From positions 1-51,148 of the forward strand of contig DAICXL010000001.1 of the NCBI GenBank assembly GCA_027312185.1: a stretch of 51,148 nt of DNA, given 5' to 3'. Positions within the stretch are counted from its first letter, which is position 1. Every line of letters begins with the position of its first letter. The translations under genes were made by a program, and so were the position numbers. The stretch is from Caulobacterales bacterium (GTDB taxonomy: Bacteria > Pseudomonadota > Alphaproteobacteria > Caulobacterales > Caulobacteraceae). Shown here one piece after another: positions 43,348 to 51,148 of the stretch. The notes below the pieces were generated by a model. It was not told the DNA's origin. It worked only from the letters and a program-made list of their open reading frames with translations, and ran no database searches.

Positions 43348-44799
43348 ATGGACGCGCTCGGACTGCTGATCGGCGACCGCATGGGCCCTGCGGCCGGCGG
43401 CGCCACCTTCGACCGGTTGAACCCGATGACCGAGGCGGTCGCCACCCGCGCCGCGGCCGCGGGCCTTGAGGACGTCCAGGCCGCCGTCGCCGCCGCGCAG
43501 GACGCCTTCCCCGCCTGGTCGGCCCTGGGCCCCAACGCCCGGCGCGCCCTGCTGCTCAAGGCCGCCGACGCCGTGACCGCGCTGGCCGACCCGTTCGTCG
43601 ACGCCATGAAGACCGAGACCGGCGCGACCGAGGGCTGGGCGCGCTTCAACGTCATGCTGGCCTCCAGCATGCTGCGCGAAGCCGCCTCGCTCACCACCCA
43701 GGTCGGCGGCGAGACCATCCCTTCCGACAAGCCCGGCTGCCTGGCGATGTCCCTGCGCACCCCGGTCGGGGTCTGCGTCGGCATCGCCCCGTGGAACGCG
43801 CCAGTGATCCTGGGCGTGCGGGCCATCGCCACGCCGCTGGCCTGCGGCAACACCGTGGTGCTGAAGGCGTCCGAGACCTGCCCCCGCACCCACGTCCTGA
43901 TCGGCCAGGCCATGCGCGACGCCGGCCTGCCGCCGGGCGTGGTCAATGTCCTGACCAACGCGCCCAAGGACGCGGCCACGGTGGTCGAGGCCCTGATCGA
44001 CCACCCGGCGGTGGCGCGGATCAACTTCACCGGCTCCACCCGCGTCGGCCGCATCATCGCCGAGCGGGCGGGACGCCACCTCAAGCCCGTGCTGCTGGAG
44101 CTGGGCGGCAAGGCCCCGCTGCTGGTGCTGAAGGACGCGGACCTGGACGAGGCGGTCAAGGCCGCCGCCTTCGGGGCCTTCTTCAACCAGGGCCAGATCT
44201 GCATGTCGACCGAGCGGATCATCGTCGAGGACGCCGTCGCCGACGCCTTCGTCGAGAAGTTCGCCGCCAAGGCCCGCGCCCTGACCGCCGGCGACCCGGC
44301 CGCCGGGGCCACGCCGCTCGGCGCGGTAGTCAGCCGCGAGGCCGTCGCCTGTGTCCGCACCCTGATCGAGGACGCCGTCGCCAAGGGGGCCCGGGTCGTA
44401 GCGGGCGGCCCCAGCGACACCCTCCTGATGGACGCCACGGTGGTCGACGGCGTGACCTCTGAGATGAAGCTCTACGCCGACGAGTCCTTCGGCCCCGTGG
44501 TGGCGGTGCTGCGGGCCAGGGACGCCGACGACGCGGTCCGCCTGGCCAACGACACCGAGTACGGCCTGTCGGCGGCGGTGTTCTCCAGGGATGTCGCCAC
44601 GGCGGTCTCGGTCGCCCAGAGGATCCGATCCGGCATCTGCCACATCAACGGCCCGACGGTTCACGACGAGGCCCAGATGCCGTTCGGCGGAGTGAAGGGC
44701 TCGGGCTACGGCCGGTTCGGCGGCCGGGCGGGGATCGCGGAGTTCACCGACCTGCGCTGGATCACCATCGAGACCCGCCCCGGCGCCTACCCGTTCTAA
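43348..44799 (+). CDS. vdh: NAD(P)+ aldehyde dehydrogenase, vanillin dehydrogenase by context
   Basis: ALDH motifs ELGGKAP and FFNQGQICMSTERIIV (catalytic Cys), plus PFGGVKGSGYGR. Its position between ech and fcs matches the Pseudomonas ech-vdh-fcs order. Confidence 0.75.
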   Translation: MDALGLLIGDRMGPAAGGATFDRLNPMTEAVATRAAAAGLEDVQAAVAAAQDAFPAWSALGPNARRALLLKAADAVTALADPFVDAMKTETGATEGWARFNVMLASSMLREAASLTTQVGGETIPSDKPGCLAMSLRTPVGVCVGIAPWNAPVILGVRAIATPLACGNTVVLKASETCPRTHVLIGQAMRDAGLPPGVVNVLTNAPKDAATVVEALIDHPAVARINFTGSTRVGRIIAERAGRHLKPVLLELGGKAPLLVLKDADLDEAVKAAAFGAFFNQGQICMSTERIIVEDAVADAFVEKFAAKARALTAGDPAAGATPLGAVVSREAVACVRTLIEDAVAKGARVVAGGPSDTLLMDATVVDGVTSEMKLYADESFGPVVAVLRARDADDAVRLANDTEYGLSAAVFSRDVATAVSVAQRIRSGICHINGPTVHDEAQMPFGGVKGSGYGRFGGRAGIAEFTDLRWITIETRPGAYPF

Positions 44800-46325
44800 T
44801 GGCGGGCGCCGACTTCATCGCCTACCACGCCGTGGTGAGGCCAGGCCGCCTGGCCTGCCTCGACCTGCGCAGTGGCGAGGCCCTGGATTATCGCGCCCTC
44901 GACGCGCGGGTGGCGCGCGCCGCCGGCCAGCTGACCCGGATGCTGGACGGCGCCCCGGGCGAGCGGGTGGCGACCCTGACGCGCAACCGGCTCGAAGCCG
45001 TCGTGCTGCACTACGCCTGCGCCCGGGCCGGGGCGATCTTCGCGCCCCTGAACTGGCGCCTCGCCGGCCCCGAACTCGCCGCCCTCGTGTCCGACGCGGC
45101 CCCCCGCCTGCTGTTCTACGAAGCCGAGTTCGAGGCCCTGGCCCAGGCGGCGGCCGGCGGGACCGTCGCCATCGTTCCGATCGATGCGAACCTGACCGCC
45201 CGCATCGCCGCGGCCGAGCCCCCCGCGGGCGACCTCGGGGCGGCCGACGCGCCCTGGACCCTGCTCTACACCTCCGGCGCCACCGGCCGGCCCAAGGGTG
45301 TGGTGATCACCCGCGACAACGCCCGCTCGGGCGCGGCGAACCTAGCCATGATCGCCGACATCGGGCCGGGCTCGGTCATGCTGTGCGACCCGCCCCTGTT
45401 CCACACCGTCGGCCTGTTCGCCATCGCCGCCACCGCCCTGCAGATGGGCGGGACCCTGGTGCTGTCCGACCGCTTCCACGCCGCCACGACCCTGCAGCGG
45501 CTGAGCGACCCGGCGCTTGGCGTCACCCACTATTTCGGCGTGCCCCAGATCGGCCAGATGCTGGTCGCCGAACCCGGCTTCGAGGCCGCCGACCTGTCTC
45601 GGCTGCGCGCGGTCCTGATGGGCGGTTCACCCTTGCCGGCGGCCGTGACCGAGCGTTTCGCGCAGCGGGGCGTGGTGGTCTCCAACGGCTTTGGCATGAC
45701 CGAGACCTGCACGGTGATGCACATGCCCCTCGACATCGAGACGGCGCGCCGCCGCCCCGGCTGCGTCGGGGCCCCCACGCCCTTCGTCGCCGCCCGCATC
45801 GTCGGGCCGGACGGTGCGGACATGCAGGCCGGCGAGGTGGGCGAGCTGTGGCTGAAGGGCCCGGGGATCACTCCCGGCTACTGGAGGCAGCCGCAAGCGA
45901 CCGCCGAGGCCTTCCACGACGGCTGGCTGCGCACCGGCGACGCGGCCGTGCGCGACGCGGACGGCCTGTACCGGCTCGTGGACCGCTGGAAGGACATGTA
46001 CATCTCGGGCGGCGAGAACGTGTACCCGGCCGAGGTCGAGGCGGTGATCGCCCTCGTCCCCGGCGTCGCTGAAGCGGCGGTGGTGGGGGTGCCGAGCCCG
46101 CGCTGGGGCGAGACCGGCTGCGCCTTCGTGGTGGCCGCGCCCGGCGCCGACCTGGGGGAGGCGGCGATCCACGAGATCTGTGGCCAGCGCCTCGCCGGCT
46201 ACAAGCGCCCGGGCGTGGTGCGCTTCGTGGACGCCCTGCCCCGCACCGCCTCGGGCAAGGTGCTCAAGGGCGAACTGCGCCGCATCCACGCGGCGACGCC
46301 TCAGGCCTTGCTGAGGCCCCAGTAG
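44799..46325 (+). CDS. fcs: AMP-forming acyl-CoA synthetase, feruloyl-CoA synthetase by context
   Basis: AMP-binding motif LLYTSGATGRPKGV, then GFGMTE, then GDAAVRDADGLYRLVDRWKDMYISGGENVYPAEVE and the C-terminal SGKVLK. The start overlaps the vdh stop (TAATG). Confidence 0.7.
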   Translation: MAGADFIAYHAVVRPGRLACLDLRSGEALDYRALDARVARAAGQLTRMLDGAPGERVATLTRNRLEAVVLHYACARAGAIFAPLNWRLAGPELAALVSDAAPRLLFYEAEFEALAQAAAGGTVAIVPIDANLTARIAAAEPPAGDLGAADAPWTLLYTSGATGRPKGVVITRDNARSGAANLAMIADIGPGSVMLCDPPLFHTVGLFAIAATALQMGGTLVLSDRFHAATTLQRLSDPALGVTHYFGVPQIGQMLVAEPGFEAADLSRLRAVLMGGSPLPAAVTERFAQRGVVVSNGFGMTETCTVMHMPLDIETARRRPGCVGAPTPFVAARIVGPDGADMQAGEVGELWLKGPGITPGYWRQPQATAEAFHDGWLRTGDAAVRDADGLYRLVDRWKDMYISGGENVYPAEVEAVIALVPGVAEAAVVGVPSPRWGETGCAFVVAAPGADLGEAAIHEICGQRLAGYKRPGVVRFVDALPRTASGKVLKGELRRIHAATPQALLRPQ

Positions 46326-47899
46326 GCCGAGACCGGGCACGGAAACAGGCCCTTCACCGTGTCGCGATAGACGCTGCGGGTCATGGTTGAGCCCAGCGGG
46401 ATGTAGGGCAGGGTCTGCAGGGCCCGGACCTGCACCGCCGTCGCCATCCGCTTCTGCTCCTCCGGGTCGGCCGAAAAGGCCCAGGCGGCGCGCAGCCGCT
46501 CGAGTTCGGGATCGTCGCACCAGCCGGGGAAGCCGGTCAGGCCCGATCCGCGCAGCATGGGGTTCACCGCCGGATTGAGCACGTCGTTGCCCGTCCAGCC
46601 GGTGAGATAGAGGCTCCAGCCGCCCTTATCGAGCCCTTCCCGGTTGAGCCGGCGCGAGGCCAGGGTCGCCGCGTCCATGGCCACCAGTTCGACGTTCATC
46701 CCGAGCTTGCGCAGCAGGTCCTCGGCCACGAAGTTCAGCGAGGCGAGCTGAGCGCTCTCCTGGTTGGCCAGCAGCACCACCTTCTCGCCCTTGTAGCCCG
46801 CCGCCGCCAGGGCCGCCTTGCCCTTGTCGATGCTGCGGACCTTGAGGATGTCGGCCCCGGCCTCCGTCGCGTACTGGGTGCCGTTGGTGTAGATGCCGTA
46901 GTGGGTCGATCCGAGCTCGGGGTCGCTCTGCACCGCCTTGATGAAGTCCTCCTGGTCCACGGCCATGGCGACAGCCTGGCGCACCGCCTGGCTGTTGAAC
47001 GGCGCCTGCAGATGGTTGAACTGCAGCATGAAGTAGCCGCCCGCCTTGTTGCGGCTCTGGACCTGCAGGTGGGGGTCGTCCTTCATCTTCTCGACCAGCT
47101 CCGCGGGCGGGAAGTCCCAGCCGTCCTGCTCGCCGGCCAGCAAGGCGGCCATGGCGGTGGAGCTGTCGGTGATCACCGTCCATTCGATGCGGTCGACCGC
47201 CGGGACCCGGCCGCCGGCGATACCGCTCGGCGGCTCCTTGCGCGGCACATAGTCGTCGTTCTTCGCCCAGGCCGCCTTGGCCCCGGAGATCCACTCGTCC
47301 TTGAGGAACTTGTAGGGGCCGCTGCCGACCCATTCGGTGATCTGCTCCGTGGCCGGGACCTTGGCCATGCGTTCGGGCATCATGAAACACTGCGGCCCGG
47401 CGGTCTTGCCCAGCGCATTGGGCAGCAGCGGGAACGGCTTGGTCAGCTGGATGCGGAAGGTGCGGTCGTCGACCGGAGTCATGGACTCGACCGCGGTCAT
47501 CATGATCTGGCCGAAGCTGTCGCGGATCGCCCAGCGCTGGATCGAGGCGATGCAGTCCTGGGGCCGCACCGGCGCGCCGTCATGCCACTTCAGGCCCTCG
47601 CGCAAGGTGAAGACATAGGCCTTGCCGTCGTCCTCCACCGTCCAGCCCTCGGCCATCTGCGGCTGGGGGACATAGTCGGCGTCGAGCGCGACCAGGTTGT
47701 CGAAGGTCAGGAAGGCGTAGTCCTTGGTCGCCGCCGCCGTGGTCCAGACCGGATCGAGGCTGGCCAGGTTGCTCGGGTGGATGATGCGCAGCACCTTCGG
47801 CCCGGCCGCCGTGTCGGCCTTGGGCCCGCAGCCTGAAAGAAAGGCGGCGGACAGCCCGCCGAGAGCCAGTCCGCCGCCCAGGAATACGCGCCGATCCAT
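46301..47899 (-). CDS. ABC transporter substrate-binding protein, family 5, lipoprotein/TAT-like signal; no cognate permease nearby
   Basis: MDRRVFLGGGLALGGLSAAFLSGCG. 532 aa. GGAGG RBS. Its 3' end overlaps the fcs 3' end by 25 bp. Confidence 0.8.
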   Translation of the reverse strand: MDRRVFLGGGLALGGLSAAFLSGCGPKADTAAGPKVLRIIHPSNLASLDPVWTTAAATKDYAFLTFDNLVALDADYVPQPQMAEGWTVEDDGKAYVFTLREGLKWHDGAPVRPQDCIASIQRWAIRDSFGQIMMTAVESMTPVDDRTFRIQLTKPFPLLPNALGKTAGPQCFMMPERMAKVPATEQITEWVGSGPYKFLKDEWISGAKAAWAKNDDYVPRKEPPSGIAGGRVPAVDRIEWTVITDSSTAMAALLAGEQDGWDFPPAELVEKMKDDPHLQVQSRNKAGGYFMLQFNHLQAPFNSQAVRQAVAMAVDQEDFIKAVQSDPELGSTHYGIYTNGTQYATEAGADILKVRSIDKGKAALAAAGYKGEKVVLLANQESAQLASLNFVAEDLLRKLGMNVELVAMDAATLASRRLNREGLDKGGWSLYLTGWTGNDVLNPAVNPMLRGSGLTGFPGWCDDPELERLRAAWAFSADPEEQKRMATAVQVRALQTLPYIPLGSTMTRSVYRDTVKGLFPCPVSAYWGLSKA

Positions 47900-47993
47900 C
47901 GCCAGCCTCCACGTTTCGAAGACAGTTTCCGCGCGACTTTGCGAAAAAAGCGAGGCGAAAGCGAAAGTATAGTCCAGATATCGTGGCCGGCGC

Positions 47994-49295
47994 TCAGAAC
48001 GCCATCATGTTGTCGCGGAACTGCTCATGGCTGTACTCGCTGCGGGTGAGCTGACGCTTCTGCAGCACCGGGATCAGCTCGTCGACGATCGAGGTGATGT
48101 ACTTGGGCGTGAAGCCGCCGGCGATCAGGAAGCCGTCCGAGCCCACCTCTTCCACCATCTCCTTCATCTGGCCGGCGATGGAATCGGCCGTGCCCACCAT
48201 GGCGGCCAGGCCGCCCTGGCCCGGCGAGGTCATCACCTCGCGCAAGGTCGCCTGCGGGCCGTGTTCGGCGAAGTAGCGGTTGATGGTCTGCGAGCCGTTG
48301 GTCTTGATCTCGCCGATCGGCGCGTCCAGCTCGAACTTCGACAGGTCGTGGCCCGACATGAAGGAGAAGGCCGCCAGCATGTGCTCGAGGCTGTTGGCGC
48401 GCATCTTGGCCATGCGTTCCTTGTGCTCCTCGGCCTCCTTGGCGTCGCGCACCACGGCCGGCGAGGCGATGAACAGGGTCTTGATCTTGGAGGTGTCGCG
48501 GCCGTAGGCGGTCGCATGGGCCTTCACGTCTTCGACGTAGCCCTTCATCTCCTCGATCGTCGAGGCGCTGCCCAGCACCACCTCGGCGTTGCGGCCCGAG
48601 AACTTGCGCCCGCGAGTCGAGCCGCCCGGCGCGACGAAGACGGGGCGGCCCTGCGGCGAACGCGGCAGGTTCAACGGCCCGCGGGTCTTGTAGTGCTTGC
48701 CCTCGAAGTGGACAGCCTTGACCTTGGACGGGTCGATGAAGACGCCGCTGGCCTCATCCATCACCACCGCGTCCGGCTCCCAGGCGTCCCAAAGGGCGTT
48801 GACGCAGTCGAGGAACTCGTCGGCCATGTCGTAGCGCAGGTCGTGCTCGAACTGCTTGTCGTAGCCGTAGTTCTGCGCCGCCGCGTCCGAGGTGGCGGTG
48901 ACGATGTTGAAGCCGATCCGGCCGTTCGAATAGAAGTCCTGGGTGGCGAGGTTCCGCGCCAGCAGCCAGGGCGGATAGAAGGTGGTGGTCAGGGTCGGGG
49001 CGATGCCGATGTACTTGGTCGCCGCCGCGACCAAGGGCGTGAGGACGACCGGATCCATCTTCGGCGTCATCGTCGCGTGGCTCAGGTAGTAGTCCATCGA
49101 GCCCTTGTAGGTGTAGGGCACGGCCGAGCTGTCCTCGAAGATCACCATGTCGAAGCAGGCCCGCTCGAGGCGCTTCACGGCGTCGATGAAGATGTCGGGC
49201 TTGGTCCAGTCATAGCCGCGGCTGTAGCCGGGCTGATTCCAGTTCTGGACCGTGATGCCGGAGCCGAGGAACCAGCCGAGGTGGAAGTGGGTCAT
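47994..49295 (-). CDS. LLM-class flavin-dependent monooxygenase (NtaA/SnaA/DszA family)
   Basis: ATG 49295 gives MTHFHLGWFLGSG...WNQPGY, the characteristic N-terminus of this family. About 433 aa. Confidence 0.85.
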   Translation of the reverse strand: MTHFHLGWFLGSGITVQNWNQPGYSRGYDWTKPDIFIDAVKRLERACFDMVIFEDSSAVPYTYKGSMDYYLSHATMTPKMDPVVLTPLVAAATKYIGIAPTLTTTFYPPWLLARNLATQDFYSNGRIGFNIVTATSDAAAQNYGYDKQFEHDLRYDMADEFLDCVNALWDAWEPDAVVMDEASGVFIDPSKVKAVHFEGKHYKTRGPLNLPRSPQGRPVFVAPGGSTRGRKFSGRNAEVVLGSASTIEEMKGYVEDVKAHATAYGRDTSKIKTLFIASPAVVRDAKEAEEHKERMAKMRANSLEHMLAAFSFMSGHDLSKFELDAPIGEIKTNGSQTINRYFAEHGPQATLREVMTSPGQGGLAAMVGTADSIAGQMKEMVEEVGSDGFLIAGGFTPKYITSIVDELIPVLQKRQLTRSEYSHEQFRDNMMAF

Positions 49296-49497
49296 CGCGC
49301 CGCCGCTCCGCAAAAAGAATGGGGAGCATCCGGCGCCTCCCGCGCCGCCACCGTCGAGAAATAAATATACCGGTCGGGAAATAATACGCGGATGACCGCC
49401 GGTTCAGCGATCGGCGCCGCCTGGGCGGGCGCCGAGGACGCCCCGGCCGCCGGCGCGGCTAGTCACGCGGGGTGCTGACACCTCCGATAAGGCGCGA

Positions 49498-50004
49498 TCA
49501 GTCCGCCGACAGCCAGCCCAGCAGCTGCAGCTTGAAGACCAGGACGCTGTTGGCCGGAATGGGCCCGGTGGACTGGTCGCCGTAGCCGAGGGCCGGGGGG
49601 ACGTAGAGAATCCACTCGTCGCCGGTGTGCATCAGGGGCAGGGCCTCCATCCAGCCCGGCACCAGGTTGTAGAGCTGCATCAGGCTCGGCCGTGGCTTGG
49701 CCATGCTGGAGTCGAACACCGTGCCGTCGGTCAGGGCCCCCTCGTAGCGGACCTTGATCACGTCGCCGATCTTGGGCGAGCCGGTCCCCGCCGGCCCGGC
49801 CTTGACCACCTTGTACTGCAGGCCCGAGGGCAGGACGACGACGCCCGGCTCCTTGGCGTTCTTGGCCAGGAACGCATCGACGGCGGCCGGCGGAGCGGCG
49901 GCCGGCAGCGGCGGAGCCGGCTGGGCCCATGCCTGGCTGGGAGCGGTCCCGGCGGCGAGGGCGAGACCGAGGATCAGGGCGGGCAGGGTGGCGATTCTGA
50001 GCAT
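49498..50004 (-). CDS. Exported FKBP-type peptidyl-prolyl cis-trans isomerase
   Basis: ATG 50004 gives the signal peptide MLRIATLPALILGLALAAG. FKBP core GLQYKVVKAG..G..P..GD.I.V.Y.G.L.DGTVFDSS...VPGW.EAL..M..G....L.VPP.LGYG...GPIPANSVL.F...LL. Confidence 0.8.
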   Translation of the reverse strand: MLRIATLPALILGLALAAGTAPSQAWAQPAPPLPAAAPPAAVDAFLAKNAKEPGVVVLPSGLQYKVVKAGPAGTGSPKIGDVIKVRYEGALTDGTVFDSSMAKPRPSLMQLYNLVPGWMEALPLMHTGDEWILYVPPALGYGDQSTGPIPANSVLVFKLQLLGWLSAD

Positions 50005-50063
50005 GAGCAGACCTAATCGCGCGGCGCCCGCCTTGTCATCTTGCAATTGAGGGGTCCGGTGCG

Positions 50064-50558
50064 GTGAATGGACGGATGACCGACCCCCGCCCCGACCTGT
50101 GGACCTTCGCCGTCGCCGCCTATGCCGAGGCCGGCGACGCGTGCCTGGCCCTGCAGGACGGGTACGGCGTGGACGTCCCCCTGCTGCTGTTCGCCGCCTG
50201 GATCGGGCAGGCCCGGGGCGTCCCCCTGGACGCCGCCCGCGTCGCCGAGGCCGACGGCTGGATCCGCGACTGGCGCCGCGAGGTGGTCCAGCCCCTGCGC
50301 GCCGTGCGCCGCCGGCTCAAGGACGCCGGCGCCGAGACCCTGCGGGCGACGGTGAAGACGGCCGAACTCGAGAGCGAGCGCGTCGCCCTGTCGATCCTCG
50401 AGCAACGGTCGGCGGGCTGGACCGGCGCCGCGACCGATGCGGTGGGCGGGAACCTCGACGCGGTGTTCGCCTTCGCCACCCGGCACGGGGCGGAGCCGGA
50501 ATCGAAGGGCCTGCTGTCCGCCGTGGCCGCCGCGGCGCGGCCGAAGGCGGCGGCCTGA
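50064..50558 (+). CDS. TIGR02444/DUF2390-like conserved hypothetical protein
   Basis: LWTFAVAAYAEAGDACLALQDGYGVDVPLLLFAAWIG matches my recollection of this family's N-terminal signature. GTG 50064 lies 8 nt after GAGGGG. ATG 50076 is the alternative start. Confidence 0.55.
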   Translation: MNGRMTDPRPDLWTFAVAAYAEAGDACLALQDGYGVDVPLLLFAAWIGQARGVPLDAARVAEADGWIRDWRREVVQPLRAVRRRLKDAGAETLRATVKTAELESERVALSILEQRSAGWTGAATDAVGGNLDAVFAFATRHGAEPESKGLLSAVAAAARPKAAA

Positions 50559-51127
50559 TGCGCCGGCTGATCGTCGCCATCACCGGAGCCTCCGGCGCCA
50601 TCTATGGCGTGCGGGCCCTGCAGTTGCTCCGCGACGTTGCCGACGTCGAGACCCACCTCGTCATGTCGCCGGCCGCGATCCAGACCGCCCAGGCCGAGCT
50701 CGCCATGGAGGCGCAAGCCGTCCGCGACCTCGCCGACGTGGTGCATGGCTACAAGGACATCGGCGCCTCGATCGCTTCGGGATCGTTCAAGACCACCGGC
50801 CTGCTGGCGGCGCCCTGTTCGGTGAAGACCCTGTCGGGGATCGCCCACTGCTACGACCAGGACCTGATCGTCCGCGCCGCCGACGTCTGTCTGAAGGAGC
50901 GTCGGCGGGTCGTGCTGCTGTTCCGGGAGACGCCCCTGCACGCGGGGCACATCGCCCTGATGGACCAGGCCACCCGCAACGGGGCCGTGGTCATGCCCCC
51001 CGTGCCCGCCTTCTACCACCGGCCGACCACCATCGAGGAAATCGTCGACCAGACCGTGGCCCGCGCCCTCGACCTGTTCGACATCGAACTGCCGACCCTG
51101 AAGCGCTGGAAGGACGCCTCCGACTAA
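50558..51127 (+). CDS. ubiX: Flavin prenyltransferase UbiX
   Basis: MRRLIVAITGASGAIYGVRALQLL...HLVMS..A......E...., APCS.KTLSGIAHCY.DLI.RAADV.LKERR.VVL..RETPL. The ATG overlaps the preceding stop (TGATG). Confidence 0.9.
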   Translation: MRRLIVAITGASGAIYGVRALQLLRDVADVETHLVMSPAAIQTAQAELAMEAQAVRDLADVVHGYKDIGASIASGSFKTTGLLAAPCSVKTLSGIAHCYDQDLIVRAADVCLKERRRVVLLFRETPLHAGHIALMDQATRNGAVVMPPVPAFYHRPTTIEEIVDQTVARALDLFDIELPTLKRWKDASD

Positions 51128-51148
51128 GGCCGCCTTGTTCGGGCCGGA

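Noticed and set aside
1-51148. Mobile elements, prophage, genomic-island hallmarks, CRISPR arrays, tRNA/rRNA genes.
   Set aside because: No transposase, integrase or recombinase-like translation appears in any frame. No regularly spaced direct repeats are present. No tRNA-like T-arm (GGTTCGAATCC-type) sequence occurs in the spacers. Composition looks uniform apart from short AT-richer promoter spacers.

Overview
This is a 51.1-kb, very GC-rich, densely coding chromosomal segment. Its codon style and gene content suggest an alphaproteobacterium of the Caulobacterales/Sphingomonadales type, but that is inference only. All calls come from reading the supplied ORF translations and the DNA by eye. 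No database or HMM search was run, so family names rest on motif recognition.

I support 47 CDS plus several terminators, candidate operators, one palindromic intergenic element and one candidate sRNA. I see no rRNA, tRNA, CRISPR array, transposase, integrase or phage gene. The window looks like a mosaic of small catabolic and transport operons, each with a local regulator (MmyB-like, IclR, XRE-cupin, LysR, MarR), and it is unusually rich in exported (Sec/TAT) hydrolases.

Recognisable modules:
- a canonical MarR-controlled ech-vdh-fcs ferulate/hydroxycinnamate operon (41.8-46.3 kb)
- a Dpp/Opp-type ABC importer operon (19.8-26.2 kb) that carries an embedded tandem-DUF427 gene and a 136-bp palindromic element
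- ubiX at the right edge

Best candidate for an undescribed system (26.7-31.9 kb): a TagH-like FHA protein, a Hanks Ser/Thr kinase and a PP2C phosphatase form the triad that normally gates type VI secretion. No T6SS gene is present in the window. Instead the FHA gene is translationally coupled (ATGA overlap) to a membrane protein with a degenerate GGDEF domain and an intact EAL domain, i.e. a c-di-GMP phosphodiesterase.

Other leads:
- a histidine/phenylalanine ammonia-lyase homolog whose MIO-forming Ala-Ser-Gly triad reads Gly-Ala-Gly
- a secreted gene pair whose small member matures to an N-terminal His-His
- an uncharacterised secreted domain present three times in two proteins
- a tandem pair of paralogous 4-TM proteins followed by a lipoprotein c-type cytochrome
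- an orphan terminator that suggests an sRNA with anti-Shine-Dalgarno motifs
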